Positions 37,301-49,147 of a DNA stretch of 64,000 nucleotides are shown here, piece by piece. Where the stretch lies: positions 32,302,001-32,366,000 of the forward strand of contig CM060732.1 in assembly GCA_030704615.1 (NCBI GenBank), written 5' to 3'. Numbering within the stretch: position 1 is the stretch's first letter; every line of letters begins with the position of its first letter. Below the pieces are notes generated by a model. The model searched no databases. It was not told the origin of the DNA and was given only the letters and a program-made list of their open reading frames with translations. Made by a program: the position numbers and the translations under genes. Origin of the DNA: Takakia lepidozioides. Lineage: Eukaryota > Plantae > Bryophyta.

Positions 37301-39823
37301 GTAAGTTGAAATTCTGTATGATTCTTAGTTCTCGAACACAACCCCCCACCATTCCCTTTTCTTCTATGTTCGCTAATGCATTGCGTTCACTTTGGTTGCC
37401 AGGATATTGGAAGCTATTCCTTTGCACAACGTCTGTGTTTTCTAGTCCGACTTCTGGTGCAGCCCTCCACGTTCGGACATCCTGCCAGAGTACGCTGAGG
37501 CCATTGCTCGACAGCAGTTGTTGAACAAATCTCCCCCGTGTGCTCGGAAGCAGAAAAGGCACCAAAGAGCTCGGGTTTTCGTGGATGAAAGTGCCACAGT
37601 TTCAGGGCATAGTTGTAGTGATTGAGACCATGCGTCAATGTAGTCCGGTTTTGGTTCAGGGCATGTGGCAAGTGCCATACCTATTGTGTTCCCACACATT
37701 TATGTAATACAATTCCTGCATACGTTGAATGCTCGTTCCTCAATTTCAAGGCTTGTATGCATTTGCAAATATGACTTCTGTCTGTATTTATGTCTTCATT
37801 TCAAATCACTCTGTCATTTTTGCATGAGCTAACATTTTAGGTGCAAGCCTTATGGCTGCAGTAGGTATGCACTATCGATTTCAGCGCTAGATGAAGGGCA
37901 CGACATTCCCAGCAAATGATGTGGGAAGGGATGAAGCGAGACCAGGTCATGCTCATTTGTGTTTCACTTGTGTTTGTAATATGCATATGGGAGCCTAGCA
38001 GCCCTGGGAAGGGGCAAAGAGGTTCATGGTGACATTATCAAAGCTGGAATTGTACCAGAACATTCCCCTGGTGTACATCTACATCAAATGTGAGCCTGGC
38101 AGCCCTGGCCACCGATAGACACGTGTCCACACTGAGAGTGTCGCCACGTGTCAACATAATCTCCAATATCATCCACGGACCACCAACTTCCACGTGTCCA
38201 CTGGAAAACGGAAGTGGTTACTTTACCACTATGACACGTCAGTTTACGACTGTGACACGTCACAGTGGTGAGTTTACACATCACAATGGTTAATTTACCA
38301 CTATGACATGTCAGCGAACAGGTGGACTCGGACGTGAGTGGTTCGAACCACTGTCCTTAACCACTGGTGCCACGTAATGTCTTTACCACTCACTTGTCCT
38401 AATCCACTGGTTCTTCATCGCTCTGGGGCCAGAGTGGTTTAGTGTCTTTTACCACTCAAAATGAGTGGTTAACAGAGTGGTTATTCCGCGTTTTCCTTCT
38501 AGTGATTCCCTTAGCAAGGGTGCCCTTGGCTTGACTTAGTTTATGTGATTGAGTGGATTCATGAGTGGAGGGTTTCCATTATGTTCACTTTCATTATCAC
38601 TACAAGAAGATCACATTATGCTTATGAGTGCGGAGTGTAAGGATGGTTTTGCACTTGTATTGGTGTACACCAAGGAGTGAGAGAGCTAGGGAAAGCTCAA
38701 GTATCTCACAAGGCTTGCAAGGTGTTGCAAGGGAGAGTGTGTTTGCATTGCATCAAGGAGGTGAAGAGCTCAAGGAGAGAGCTCTTGAGTTACAAGACTT
38801 TGCAAGTACTGCAGGGAGAAAGTCTTGTGTATGTGGAAGCAAAATGTTTGAAAATTTGAGAAGAATGAGCGCCATCTCTTGTATCTCAAGTGTTGTGACA
38901 ACCATTTGCCAAGGAAGTGGCTTCTATGGTGAAAAGAATGCATGAGGGTTTGTAGAAGCATTATTGTGCACCAAGGGTTTGAGAGCTTGGAAAAGAGCTC
39001 TTGCATCACAAGAGAAGCGTCTTGTGTGTGGAGAAGATAGACACTAGGGTTTCAAGAGCAAGCTCTAGTTGTTCATGGTGTGAAAGAGAAGCCAAAGAGT
39101 GGCACATGCTTGGGTTAGAAACACCATAGAAGGAGTACAACAAAGATAGCTTGAGGAGCATTGAGTAGCTCAAGAGAAGCTAAGAAGTGGTTGTTTTATC
39201 CATGGTGAAATGAAGCCAAATGGGGTTTCATTTGGTTGACAAACAAGTAAGCTAAGGCGCTAGAAGGGAGTGCTTTTGCTAGTTCTATGAGTTCTTGGAT
39301 TGCTCTTGGTGAAGCAAGTGGTTGACCAAGCAAGTGGCGCATGTGTGGAGCATGCTTTCTAAGTGCGGCTTCCAACTTCAAGCTTGAGGAGAGCTAGAAG
39401 GTGAAGGGAACAAGTTCATTCCTTTGTATATGAGGTGATGCTTATGTGGAGCATGTTTTCAGCCCATTGAGGCTTCTATTTTCAAGCCTTGGAGAGCAAG
39501 AAGAGATGGAGATGTATTGATGCTTGGAGAAGCAACACATAGAACCCAAGAATGGAGCATGTGTGTGGATGGCCAAAGAAGAGCACATGAATGAGTGCAA
39601 GACTTGGTTGCTTGTCAAATGAGGTAAAAAGCTCTTGAGCTCCAAAGAGAAGTGAAGCTTGTTGTGTGCCAAATGCATTGCTAGGTGAGATGGAATCAAG
39701 ATTGGTTGTGGCTTGAGGTGAAGAAGATCAAGGTAGTTTGCCTTGGTATCTCATAGAAGTCATAGATGCTTGAGGAGAGCAAGCATGAAGCTCAAGGAAG
39801 CCCAAACCCTAGCTTGGACTGCA

Positions 39824-40400
39824 CAAACCCCAGCTTGGAATGCACAAACCCTAGCATGAGATGCACATGAAACCCTAGGTTCATGGGAACAGTCACCGTA
39901 GTGTGGGAACGATCACTGTAGTGTGGAAACGGTCACCAAGGTGTGGGAACGGTTACTATAGGCTGGGAATATAGTGACATATAAAGACAATATAGGGCTT
40001 TTGGAGGATTTTCAAGGGCCTTTTGAAGAATTGTTTGGGGGATCTTTGGGATCTTTTGAGGAGCTTTTGGAAGACACTCTGAGGAGCTTTTGTAAGGCGC
40101 TTTGAAGAGCTCTTGAAGAGGTATTTGGATGACTGTTTGGAGGACTATTTGCGGTCCTTGAAGGCCAAGTTTTGGCAAGTTTTTGGAGCCTTTGGAAGGC
40201 TATGTGGAGGACCATTTGGGGTCTTTGAAGGCCAATATTTGGCAAGTTTTTGGAGCCTTTGGAAGGCTGTTTGGAGGGCTGTTTGGGGTCCTTGGAGGCC
40301 GATATTTGGCGAGCTTGAGGAGTCTTTGGCGACTTGTTTAAGGACTATTTGGGGTCCTTGAGGGCCAAGATTTGACAGGCTCTTGGGGCCTTGGTGTACT
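39824..40400 (+). repeat. Short tandem arrays in the 5' non-coding region of the Gypsy element
   Basis: 21-bp AAACCCTAGCTTGGACTGCAC-like x3; 20-bp GGGAACAGTCACCGTAGTGT-like x4; ~48-bp TTGGCAAGTTTTTGGAGCCTTTGGAAGGCT-containing units. Confidence 0.8.
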
Positions 40401-41192
40401 GTTTGAAGTACCATTGTCCAAGCTTTGCGAGTCTTCGTGAGATTATTTGAGAGACATCTTGAGGGCTCTTAGAGAGTTATTTGAGAGATCCTTGAAAGGT
40501 CTTGTCTATTGCTTAAGCAAGAGAGTGTGGAGATAGGGTAGTGGGATGAGAGCATGTTGTGATAGGAATTGCTTAAGTCTCTCTTCCTTGTAGTCTTCCA
40601 CCCTCTCTATAGGCCAAAACCTTTCCGTAGGTGGAGGCAAGAGTCAGTCCGGGTTTGGGCTGGGGTGTCTTGTAGGAGCGACACTGTGGAGTGTTTTTGG
40701 TGTGGGGGAGTTAGTGTTTTGATTTGCGTGTGTTTGGATCCCCTCCACACCTGCATGCTTGACTGTGCGCCATGTTAGTTTTGTGTGGGCGTTTGTTTTC
40801 ATAGGAGGTTGGTCCGGATTTGATCACCGGACAATCCTAGAGCGTGCTATCGGTGGTGAGGCTGGGGTGATGACCAGTTAGACCATCATTGTTCTCTTAT
40901 GGTGAGGCTGGGTTGATGACCAGCAGACCATATGAGTGCTTGCGGTGGATGTAGGTGCAGGTACAGGTCTACGTTAGAAACCTATTATTCCTTATTGAAC
41001 TAGTAGCCGCAACAAGTTCTCTACCCAGTTACCTTGTAGAAAGTGGGGATTAGAGACAGATTGACAACCGGTTGGGTTGTGAGTTTTCATCACGGAGGTG
41101 CCACCAGTTACTGAGGGGAGTGCCGGTACGAGCACCAGCGATACTAGTGGGTACATAAGACGAGGTGTGCTGTTTAGGCCACCTTCAATTCA

Positions 41193-41940
41193 GTGTCTTC
41201 TGAGGAAGGTTCAGACTCGGAGTCAGGAGGATTCTCGCTGAGGGTGCAAGTCATTTCCGTGCCATTGTTGTGGGACACGATGGAGAAGATGTATGGAGCC
41301 ACCAAGGGGCCACGTAGGTACTCTGGAGCTGTAGGCACCATCGAGCTTGATGACTTAATACAAGAGTTTGACAGTTGGTGTGATTTGCAGCAAATGCGCA
41401 ATCCACAACTGTTTACGCCCTTTATGGCGTGGAAAGGGCTATTCCAGCACCTTGAGGGGCCGCCCATGGAAGATTACCATGAATTTAGGCGGGGACGTGC
41501 GGTGGAGATTGAGGAGTGACGAGAGTATTGGTCACCTAACTATGTCTCCATCACTAGAGGCACAAGGGCAGCGGTGACACCAGCAGCTACACAAACATCT
41601 CCAATTGCAAGCATTAGTAGTGAGACAAGTGGTACAGGAGCTGGGAAATCCACTCAAGCTCCTGCTGCAGCACCAGCACCCGTACCTGCCTTTAACCCAG
41701 TTGTGGAGTTCTTCGAGGCGTTGAGGAGAAACTACCAAGGGATAAGGACAGAGAAGTTGCGGAGCTTGCAAGAGTTCCAACAAAGGTCTACTGAGAGTTT
41801 GAGGGAGGCTTACACCCGCATGAGGCGCTTGATAAATGTAACCCAAGGGGTTATGGAAGCTTAGGCAGTCCAATTCTGGTATGGGATATTGGACAAGGAG
41901 CTGAGGAGAAGGGTGTGGGATGCAACTCTCCTACAAGTGG
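41193..41940 (+). pseudogene. Retrotransposon gag, truncated
   Basis: RRYSG..LDDLIQEFDSW..; EFFEALRRNYQG..LQEFQQRSTESLREAYTRMRRL..FWYGILDKELRRRV (retrotransposon gag Q..ES...Y..R motif); in-frame stops. Confidence 0.8.
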
Positions 41941-43274
41941 ACGGGGATTACTAAACCGTGAGCAGAATCCGTGAGGAGAAAATTCCGTGAGTAGAATTAT
42001 GCTCACGCTTTTGGATGTACTCACCTATAACCGCAGACACCTATTCGGCTTAGATGACCTATTACTGCGGGTAGTGTCCAGTATAACATGCATACCAATT
42101 CATCCTTATGGATGAATGATGGATGAATGGACGATGAATGTATGTTGGACGAATGGCACATGGATGAATGTAGTTTGTGATTGAATGCAGAATTAAAAAG
42201 CATTTTTGAGTAGTGGTTGCCAAATCCCCCGAGCTCCAGAGTGAACCTCTGTCAACTGCAGAGGGTTGTGGTTGTCCTTTCACCAGGTATCCTAAGTCGA
42301 GAGAGATGCTGACACCCAATTGCAAAGAAGGTGGAGAGGCCATTTGGTGCTTTAATATAAATCGTTTGAAAACAGCCGATTCATTCCGACGAAGAATATC
42401 CACTGCTACTGGAGTCGGAGTCCAAAACGAAGGAGAAGATTTTGTGTAGAGCTTTGTTGTCATGTCCTTCTTCCATGTGATCAAAAATCCATGCTGGGTA
42501 AATGCCAGGTCTTTTGCTTGCAAAGCAGGGGTTGGGTTCATTTGCAAGTTTTTCAATTTTTATTTTTATTTTATTTTTCCCCGAATATGCCAAATTAAGG
42601 TGTCGTCAACGACACCTTAATCTACCTTAATCTGGCTAGTCTTCTGGTGTGTTATTTGGGATGAATGGCATCTACAAATTGCTCGGACCACATAATTTAT
42701 TATTTGTTGTCATGTCATTCTTCCATGTGACCAGAAATCCATGTTGGGTAAACGCTAAGTCTTTTACTTGCAAAGCAGGGGTTGGGTTCATTTGCAAGTT
42801 TTTCAATTTTTATTTTTATTTCATTTTTTCCCGAATGTGCCAGATTAAGGTGTCGTCAACGACACCTTAATCTGGCTGGTCTTCTGGTGTGTTATTTGGG
42901 GTGAATGGCATCTACAAATTGCTCAGACCACATAACTTATGATTCATTGTCATGTCCTTAGTCTATGTGACCAGAAATCCATGCTGGGTTAACGGTCGTT
43001 TGCTTGCAAAGTAAGGGTTGGGTTCATTTGCAAGTTTTTCAATATAAATATATAAATATATAAATATATATATATTTCCCCCGAATGTGCCAGATTAAGG
43101 TGTCGTTAATCTGGCTGGTCTTTGGGTGTGCTATTTGGGGTGAATGACATCTACAAATTGTTTGGACCATATAACTTATGATTCGTTGTCATGTCTTTCT
43201 TCCATGTTACCAGAAATCCATGCTGGGTAAATGCCAGGTCTTTTACTTGCAAAGCAGGGGTTGGGTTCATTTGC
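41941..43274. other. Unidentified ~1.3-kb insert replacing the gag 3' end and protease N-terminus; contains ~3.4 tandem copies of a ~245-bp unit
   Basis: Units start near 42454, 42704, 42944 and 43184 (TTGTCATGTC..AATCCATGCTGGGT..GGGTTGGGTTCATTTGC); three CCGTGAG motifs at 41956-41991; pol resumes at about 43275. Confidence 0.75.
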
Positions 43275-46200
43275 CTTTTCCAAATTCAAACATCTTTGGG
43301 TGGTTCAGAAAAGGCGCGAGGGATTACACGCCATGAGCTCTTCATTCGATTGCAGCCGGATCATCCTATGGACGGCTCAGTCATGAGAGCTAAAGCCATT
43401 GTTATAGACGCGATGTCCTATGATGTGCTTGTTGGTGGGGCTATGTTATACCCAATGGGATTTACTTTGGACTTTTGGGAGGAAACGACATCCTATAGGT
43501 TGGAATGGCAGTCAGGGGATGGTCGACGTGCACTGCTCCCAGTGCGGTTTATTGGGAATGTAGCGGTGGATCATAGGAACATGATGCCTACATTGGCTGC
43601 ATTCTCAAGGGTGGTGGCTTGGGGTGGTGAGCTCTTGGAGGGCAATAGTCATGCAAATGATAGGCCACCACATGATGAGGACAAGCAATTAGCATACAAG
43701 GCTGAGTTGATTCCTCATGTTCCTTTGCATAGTTCACTGTGGAATACAGTTGGGGATTTGCAACGAGTGGCAAGCCAGTGTGTACAGCAAGCATAGTAGG
43801 AGGCATTTCCATCGGTAGGTGAAGGGAGTTCAGTTACATCACCTGGACCTTCTCAATTTTTATTGGACACAATGCCTATTATCTGGCAACAACCTGACTC
43901 AGGCATTTGTTTGCTAGACCTGTTTAGAGGCATGAGCAATGGGCTTGCATGAATGTTGCAAGCATGAATCAAAGTACGCAAGTACTTGTATGTGGAGAAG
44001 GATGAGATTGCTTGGCGTGTTTCCATGCGCCATGTTGCCTTACTCACACATCAGTATCCTGAGTTGTTCCATCTCTTAGCAATTCAAGGGTATCAAAAGG
44101 CCTTGCCAGCAGACATTACCTTGCTGGGGCGGATGATTTGGACCGACATGGTGCCATTGACTTGGTGATAGTTGGATGGCCTTGCCAATGACACTTTCCC
44201 GCAGGTCATGGAAATGGCTTGCATGATGCACGATCGCATTTGTTTTGGGAGATATTGAGAGTGTTGCGTGACTTGCAGATGAGGCAAATGCAACCTCCAG
44301 CTTACATCCTGGAGAATGTTCCTCTTATGGGGGACTCTCCGGCCAGGGTTATGGCCAATGTGCATCAGGTGCGGTCTTGGATTGGATCGGCGGTGCTATT
44401 GGATGCAGCAGCGGTGGAATCACGAGCGCATCGACCTCGATTGTGGTGGACCAATCTTGCACCACCAAAGCTGCTCAAGAGAGCATATAATTCCATTCAA
44501 CGGCCACCCAATCTCACAGTTGAGGGCATTTTGGACCAAGGGAGGCAACCACATAGGGTGCGACATGATGACCGTCCACCTCTAACAGTGGTAAATCGAG
44601 TGGGGCAGCCACGTGCAGCCTTGCCTACGCTCATGAGCTTTCCCTCGTCTCATGCTTTTCGAGACAATGGTCCTGGGTTGATTTGGGACAGTGTGCTACA
44701 ACAATTGGTGGAGCCCAATGCGGATGAGCGAGAGCGGGCAATTGGATTTGCCACGGGCACTACAGCTGTGCCAACTCTGTTAGAAGCATCACGACGTCAG
44801 GTGTTGGGTCAGGAAATGGATCTCAATTGCTTGACATGGATCATTGGCTTGTGCATGGCTGAGCAACGGAGATTGCAAGCATTAGCGGCTACTTTTGCAC
44901 TTCCATTGGATATTGCACTATCTCTGCCAACCGGGACGGTAGAGGTAGTGAGTGGGGGCGAGCATAGGATCATGGGGTGCAAGCACCCATGGCAGATATG
45001 GGATGAGATGCGCAAAGAGAGAGTCATTGGATCTCTCAAGCAGCAGTATGAGGAGTGGGGAGAGCCATATACTGAGGATCAGTTGGAGGTCAAGGTAACC
45101 AATGTTTTTGAAGAGGTTGAGAATGTTTCTTCCCCAGAGGATGTTCTCAAGGTGGCTATGGTGGAGCAAGTGGAGGCTACGCCATAGTCAGGGTGGGCGG
45201 ACAAGGCCCAAGAGGTTGCTATCTAGCAACCAAAGGATGCGTCTTCTACCTCCAAGCCTGGTGTACCCAAGGTTGCAGTCACTGAGGACGGAACCAGATG
45301 TTGGACCTACAATCACCGGAGGAGACAGACAGAGGATCCAGTGATTTCTAAGGGCTTATAGAAATTGCTTTGCCTTCGGTTTGAAGGATTTGGGGAGTTT
45401 GAATGGCCAGGAGATTCGTATTGATTTGGCAAGTGACACGCCAATTTTTCGAAGGCCCTACAGGTATAGTGATATGGAGAGGTCTTTGATCCAGTCACGG
45501 ACTATGAAATTGTTTGAAGCTGGATTGGTGGAGTTGTCAGGCACGGAATATGCCTCGGCAACGGTGATGCCAGCTAAGAAGGATATCTATGGCAATTAGA
45601 CAGAAATGAGGATGACATGTGGGGACTACCGTCCTGTGAACCGTCAGACTAAGTCCGATAGATATGCCATGCCAACTCCAGAGGAGATCTTTGATGTCAT
45701 TGGGCATGCAAAGGTGTTTAGCACATTGGACTTGCGATCCAGTTACCACCAGTTGCCAATCAAAGAGGCTGACAAACAAAAGACGACATTCTGGGGGATT
45801 GACCAACATGGGAAGGATTGTTTGTACCAATGGCGCTTCCTACCGTTTGGGTTGAAGAATGCTCCTGCAGAGTTTTAGAGGGTCATGGATAGGATTCTTG
45901 CGGGGCTAGACTTCGCCCGGTGCTACATTGATGACATCATCATCTTTAGTGCTACGATTGAGGAGCACGAGAGACACCTTCAGATGGTGTTTGAGTGCTT
46001 GAGAGCGCATGGGTTGAAATTGCACCCTGAGAAGTGCAAGTTCTTCCACAACCAGATTGAGTATCTGGGCCACATGATATACCCTGGAGGATTGGGTGTT
46101 CAAAAGACGAAGGTGGAGGCCATTGCACGCATTCCATGCCCCATCAATGTTAGCAGAGTTCGTGCTTTCATGGGGTTGACAAACTACTATCGACGGTTTA

Positions 46201-48347
46201 TCAAGGGATTTAGCAGTATTGCAAAGGCTCTTACCAAGTTGACCAAGGTGGGTCAGGAGTGGCAGTGGGAGGAGGAGCAGGATGAAGCCTTTGAGGAACT
46301 CAAGGCTCGATTGACTTCTGCGCCTATTTTGAGGCGGCCTATTCGGGGGCGGTCTTTCCAGCTACATACGGATTGGAGTATGTTGGGGATTGGAGCAGTG
46401 CTCACACATGTGGATGATGAGGGAAGAGATTTCATAGTAGCATATACTAGCCGCTCAAACAATGATGCCGAGGCGAAGTATAGTTCCGGCTATGAAGGGG
46501 AGTGTCTAGCTGTGGTATGGGCAATGACACATTTTAGATGCTACCTCTATGGCAATCTTTTCACCCTTGTCGCGGATCACCAACCATTGAAGTGGTTGAT
46601 GGAGTCAGACAAGCTTACAGGGAAGCTTGTACGGTGGGCACTTATGCTTCAAGAGTACGACTTCCAAGTGGTGCATTGAGCTGGTATAGTCAATCGGGAT
46701 GCAGATGGGTTGAGTCGTAATCCATGCACAAGCGAGCATGATGATACTGGAGCTCGATGGCATGGTGAGACGGATGAGGACATGGTGCTAGGATGGCATG
46801 CATCTGTCTTTTTGTGCATCCTAGCAATGGGAGCTCAAGCTAGTCCATCCCATGCGATTGGTCATGTAGATAGCATGCATGACGATCCACAGACTAGTGA
46901 GGAGTTTGGATGTGCATGAAGATGCAGCAGTGTTGGCCTATCTTCGTACCAGAGAGACAGCAGCCAGTGTGACTGCTGAGGAGAGAGATCGGATCCTACA
47001 ACGAGCCAAGAGGATCAAGTGGGAGGGGACTCACCTACTCCGAGTATGGGAGGATGGATGAGTAAGGATTGTGCCTCATCCAACACAACGAGCACAATTG
47101 GTACGCCATGCCCATGAGGAGTTGGGACATTTTGGGATGCGGCGCACTCATAGTTTGCTGCAAGGACAGTACTGGTGGCGGGGCATGCACACGGATGTGC
47201 AACAGTTAGTGGCAAGGTGCACGGTGTGTGATAGAGTGTGGGTTTCTTTCAATGCATCTGTTGCACAATTGCATCCTTTACCCATTATGGGTTTTGGGCT
47301 ATCGTTGGAGTCTTGACTTCTCTAGCCCATTGTCACTGACGATTCGCCATAACAAGTATGTGCTGGTGATGGTGGAACATTTCTCCAAATGGATTGAGCT
47401 GGTGGCATTCCCTGACAAGGTAAGTGAGGGGGCTGCGTATGCATTCTTAGATCGAGTGCTTAGCCAATTTGGTGCTCCAGCCGAGGTACTCACGGACCAG
47501 GGGGAAGAGTTCTTGGGGGAGTTTCAGGCTTTGTGTAAGCAAGCCTTGATAGATCACCGCACTACTTCTCGGAATCATCCCGAGGCTGATGGCTTGGCCG
47601 AGAGGGTTGTGCAAACAGTCAAGCAAGGCTTGCGCAAGTATGGCTTGCAGAATGGACACTTGGGAGATTGGGACCTTCAGCTACCTTGGTTGGCCATGGG
47701 TTACAGGTTTAGCAAGTAAGCATCACTTGCCTTGTTCTCGCCTTATTTCCTTTTCTTTGGCCAAGAGCCAGATTTACCTGTATCTATTCGCAGGAGACTG
47801 CAGTAGTCCTCAACCTTGATGATCCGGATGTGTGGACACAAGCATGTGCCCAACGGGCAGAGTTGTTCAAGAGAGTCATGCCTATGGCGAACCTTGCTAT
47901 TGCCCGACATCAAGACACATTGAGGTACGCCATTATATGTGGAGGGGGATATCGGTCAGGTGTTCGGCGTTTCCATCCTAGGGACTATGTGTATCTGCAA
48001 CAAACATCGCCTACGACCTTGGATGTCACAGCAGGTCGTGTGATTCTAAGGGTCCGGGAGGTGTTGCCTTCAGGAGTGTTGATTATGGAGGTTGAGATGG
48101 CATGGTATGGAAGGACCATGTGCGCAATTGTGCGCCATGTAACCTTCCACATGTGGATAAGAGGATAGATCCCAACCTTGTAGTGGTACCTGCAGGGTTG
48201 CATTGCATGCTATGTAGGCATACTGGTGGTTTCGCAACCATGTTGGTGTGTGACAAATGCTCAAGGGGGTGGCACATGGAATGTTTGACACCGTCACTTG
48301 AGAAGGTTCCTAGTGGAGAATGGTTGTGTCCACGATGCCTTGGATAG
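43275..48347 (+). pseudogene. pol: protease C-terminal half, DNMT3-like C5-MTase, RT, RNase H, integrase, PHD finger; many stops and frameshifts
   Basis: YDVLVG (PR); RT CGDYRPVN, FSTLDLRSSYHQ, LPFGLKNAP, YIDDII; RH LHTDWS..GIGAVL, DHQPLKWL; INT HEELGHFG..CTVC, WSLDF, LTDQG, GLAER; PHD CMLC..MLVCDKCSRGWHMECL..WLCPRC*. Confidence 0.95.
43900..44840 (+). pseudogene. C5 cytosine DNA methyltransferase domain (DNMT3-like) within pol
   Basis: Motif I LLDLFRG (~43910), II YVEKD, IV DLVIVGWPCQ (~44159-44188), V LFWE, VI YILENV (~44303-44320), VIII AHRPRLWWTNL (~44426-44458), IX ERERAIGF, X RRQVLGQ (~44792). Confidence 0.9.
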
Positions 48348-48607
48348 AGGTAGTGGGGCATGACAATGGTGAGGTTGATAAGTGATCCGAGGTCTAGCTA
48401 ACGGGAGTTCAATGCCATGGAAACCCAATTGAAGCCATGGATTGCAGGAAAGCGAATAACAATGGGGCTACTTTTGCACCGGCCTCTTGATCTATTGCCT
48501 TCAGATACTGGGACTTGGGCGATTGATGACCACGCAATGATCTTATTGGGATGGATACTTGTTAGCTATCCAGTGTTAGATGGACCTAATCACCAGCTAG
48601 GGGGGCG

Positions 48608-49147
48608 ATTGTGGTATAGCTTTCTAGGATTGTGTGCTTAGATTGTGTGGTGGACAGCGATGTATGTTGTGGCACGATGCTTAGGTGCACGACAGCTGTC
48701 ATGGTTTTAGTCATGGTTATCTAGAATTACCTACTTCTAGTTAACTAGGACATTTTAGATATTTATATTTATATTTTGTGTGTTGGGACTTCATTTGGTC
48801 TCACATGCCAAGTGAGGTGTCGAGCCTCACTTGGAACATGGGGATAAGTTTTCCCCTTCTAAGGATGGAGAAGGCTCATCTTCTTGTAGTTGAGCCTCCA
48901 TGAGTCTCTCTCACCTCCATAGCTCTAGGTATTGAGAGGGAGTGTGGTGAGGGCTTTGTAGGGTGGATTCCCTTAGCAAGGGTGCCCTTGGCTTGACTTA
49001 GTTTATGTGATTGAGTGGATTCATGAGTGGAGGGTTTCCATTATGTTCACTTTCACTATCATTGTGGTATAGCTTTCTAGGATTGTGTGCTTAGATTGTG
49101 TGGTGGACATCAATGTATGTTGTGGCACGATGCTTAGGTGCACGACA
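48608..49147 (+). repeat. 3' repeat block B1 (48608-48694) - GC - A2 (48697-49060) - B2 (49061-49147)
   Basis: B = ATTGTGGTATAGCTTTCTAGG...CTTAGGTGCACGACA (~87 bp, two near-identical copies); A2 matches the element's 5' end. Confidence 0.95.

Larger units (their letters stand above)
31790..38504 (+). mobile_element. CACTA (En/Spm-type ends) DNA transposon, apparently non-autonomous, carrying SWIM and ParB-like/amino-MTase cargo
   Basis: Perfect 29-bp TIR CACTAGAAGGAAAACGCGGAATAACCACT at both ends; 3-bp TSD ATT (31787-31789, 38505-38507); dense ACCACT/AGTGGT subterminal repeats; the empty site is preserved in repeat A2 (GGATTCCC, ~48965-48972). Confidence 0.96.
31518..38599 (+). repeat. Terminal repeat A1 (~360 bp; 31518-31789 + 38508-38599), interrupted by the CACTA element
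   Basis: Near-identical to 48697-49060 (roughly a dozen differences by eye) once the insertion and its ATT duplication are removed. Confidence 0.95.
31518..49147 (+). mobile_element. Ty3/Gypsy retrotransposon with DNMT and PHD domains and split terminal repeats (A ... B-A-B)
   Basis: Begins TGTCA, ends CGACA; 4-bp TSD AAAG (31514-31517, 49148-49151); domain order gag-PR-DNMT-RT-RH-INT-PHD; purine tract AGGGGGGCGA at 48599-48608. Confidence 0.93.

Noticed and set aside
38598-38610. CACTACAAGAAGA, resembling the classical En/Spm TIR, right at the end of repeat A1
   Set aside because: No matching inverted end with a 3-bp TSD found downstream; treated as coincidence.
39880-39975. Regularly spaced 20-bp repeats, superficially CRISPR-like
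   Set aside because: Head-to-tail tandem units without unique spacers, no cas genes, inside a eukaryotic retroelement.
31518-49147. Classification as a DIRS/PAT/Ngaro element because of the split repeats and an MTase
   Set aside because: No tyrosine recombinase seen; a DDE integrase, protease remnant, Gypsy-type RT and a TSD are present.
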